From sequence record MH926059.1: a stretch of 24,000 nucleotides of DNA, one strand, 5' to 3'. The DNA is from Mycobacterium phage Riparian. The position numbers and the translations under genes are program-made. Under the pieces are notes generated by a model. That model was not told the DNA's origin, ran no database searches, and saw only the letters and a list, made by a program, of their open reading frames with translations. Positions 23,867-24,000 of this stretch are shown in pieces; the first letter of the stretch is position 1; the number at the start of each line of letters is the position of its first letter.

Positions 23867-24000
23867 CATCCAGATTATCATCCCGCTGAGCGTATTGGGC
23901 ACGGCCTCAAGCCTCACCCCTGAAGAGATCAGTCGCACGCTCAACAATGCCACAGCGTACCAGCAGGCGGCCGAGCGCTACCGGGAGCTGGTCAACGTCA
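23859..24000 (+). CDS. Hypothetical protein, 5' end only
   Basis: GTG start overlapping the previous stop; VSDIQIIIPLSVLGTASSLTPEEISRTLNNATAYQQAAERYRELVNV..., open to the window edge. Confidence 0.5.
   Translation, partial: MSDIQIIIPLSVLGTASSLTPEEISRTLNNATAYQQAAERYRELVNV

Overview
This 24 kb window looks like part of a large, moderate-GC actinobacteriophage genome. That is inferred from gene content and the + strand-only layout; no database was searched. Three segments stand out. (1) Positions 1-6.4 kb hold a run of small accessory genes. Each intercistronic gap carries the same compact RNA module: a 40-43 nt tRNA-like minihelix followed by a GAGGATGG-type ribosome-binding site, often with a second hairpin in between. 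The minihelix is a 5-6 bp acceptor-like stem, a ~11 nt linker with a near-invariant GG, and a 6 bp stem closing a canonical 7-nt T-loop (TTCGAGT/TTCGATT). I count 12 copies: eleven at 183-6255 and one at 21606-21645. Both stems show extensive compensatory changes. Nearly all copies begin 6-15 nt after a stop codon. I do not recognise this as a described family, and it is the main candidate for something new. (2) Positions 6.4-20 kb hold a metabolism/replication cluster: O-methyltransferase, SNF2-like helicase, PD-(D/E)XK nuclease, Sak4-like ATPase, an acidic-tailed SSB-like protein, a DNA polymerase III alpha split into PHP and polymerase ORFs with a small ORF between, and a divergent thymidylate synthase-like protein. 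Embedded here, at about 10.86-12.0 kb, is a ~1.15 kb non-coding region with a 17-bp helix, several other perfect helices and a tRNA-Pro(UGG)-like domain. It is probably a very large structured RNA of the GOLLD/ROOL kind or a new class. (3) Positions 20-24 kb hold a band-7/SPFH protein, a nucleoside 2-deoxyribosyltransferase-like protein, a RuvC-like resolvase and small hypotheticals.
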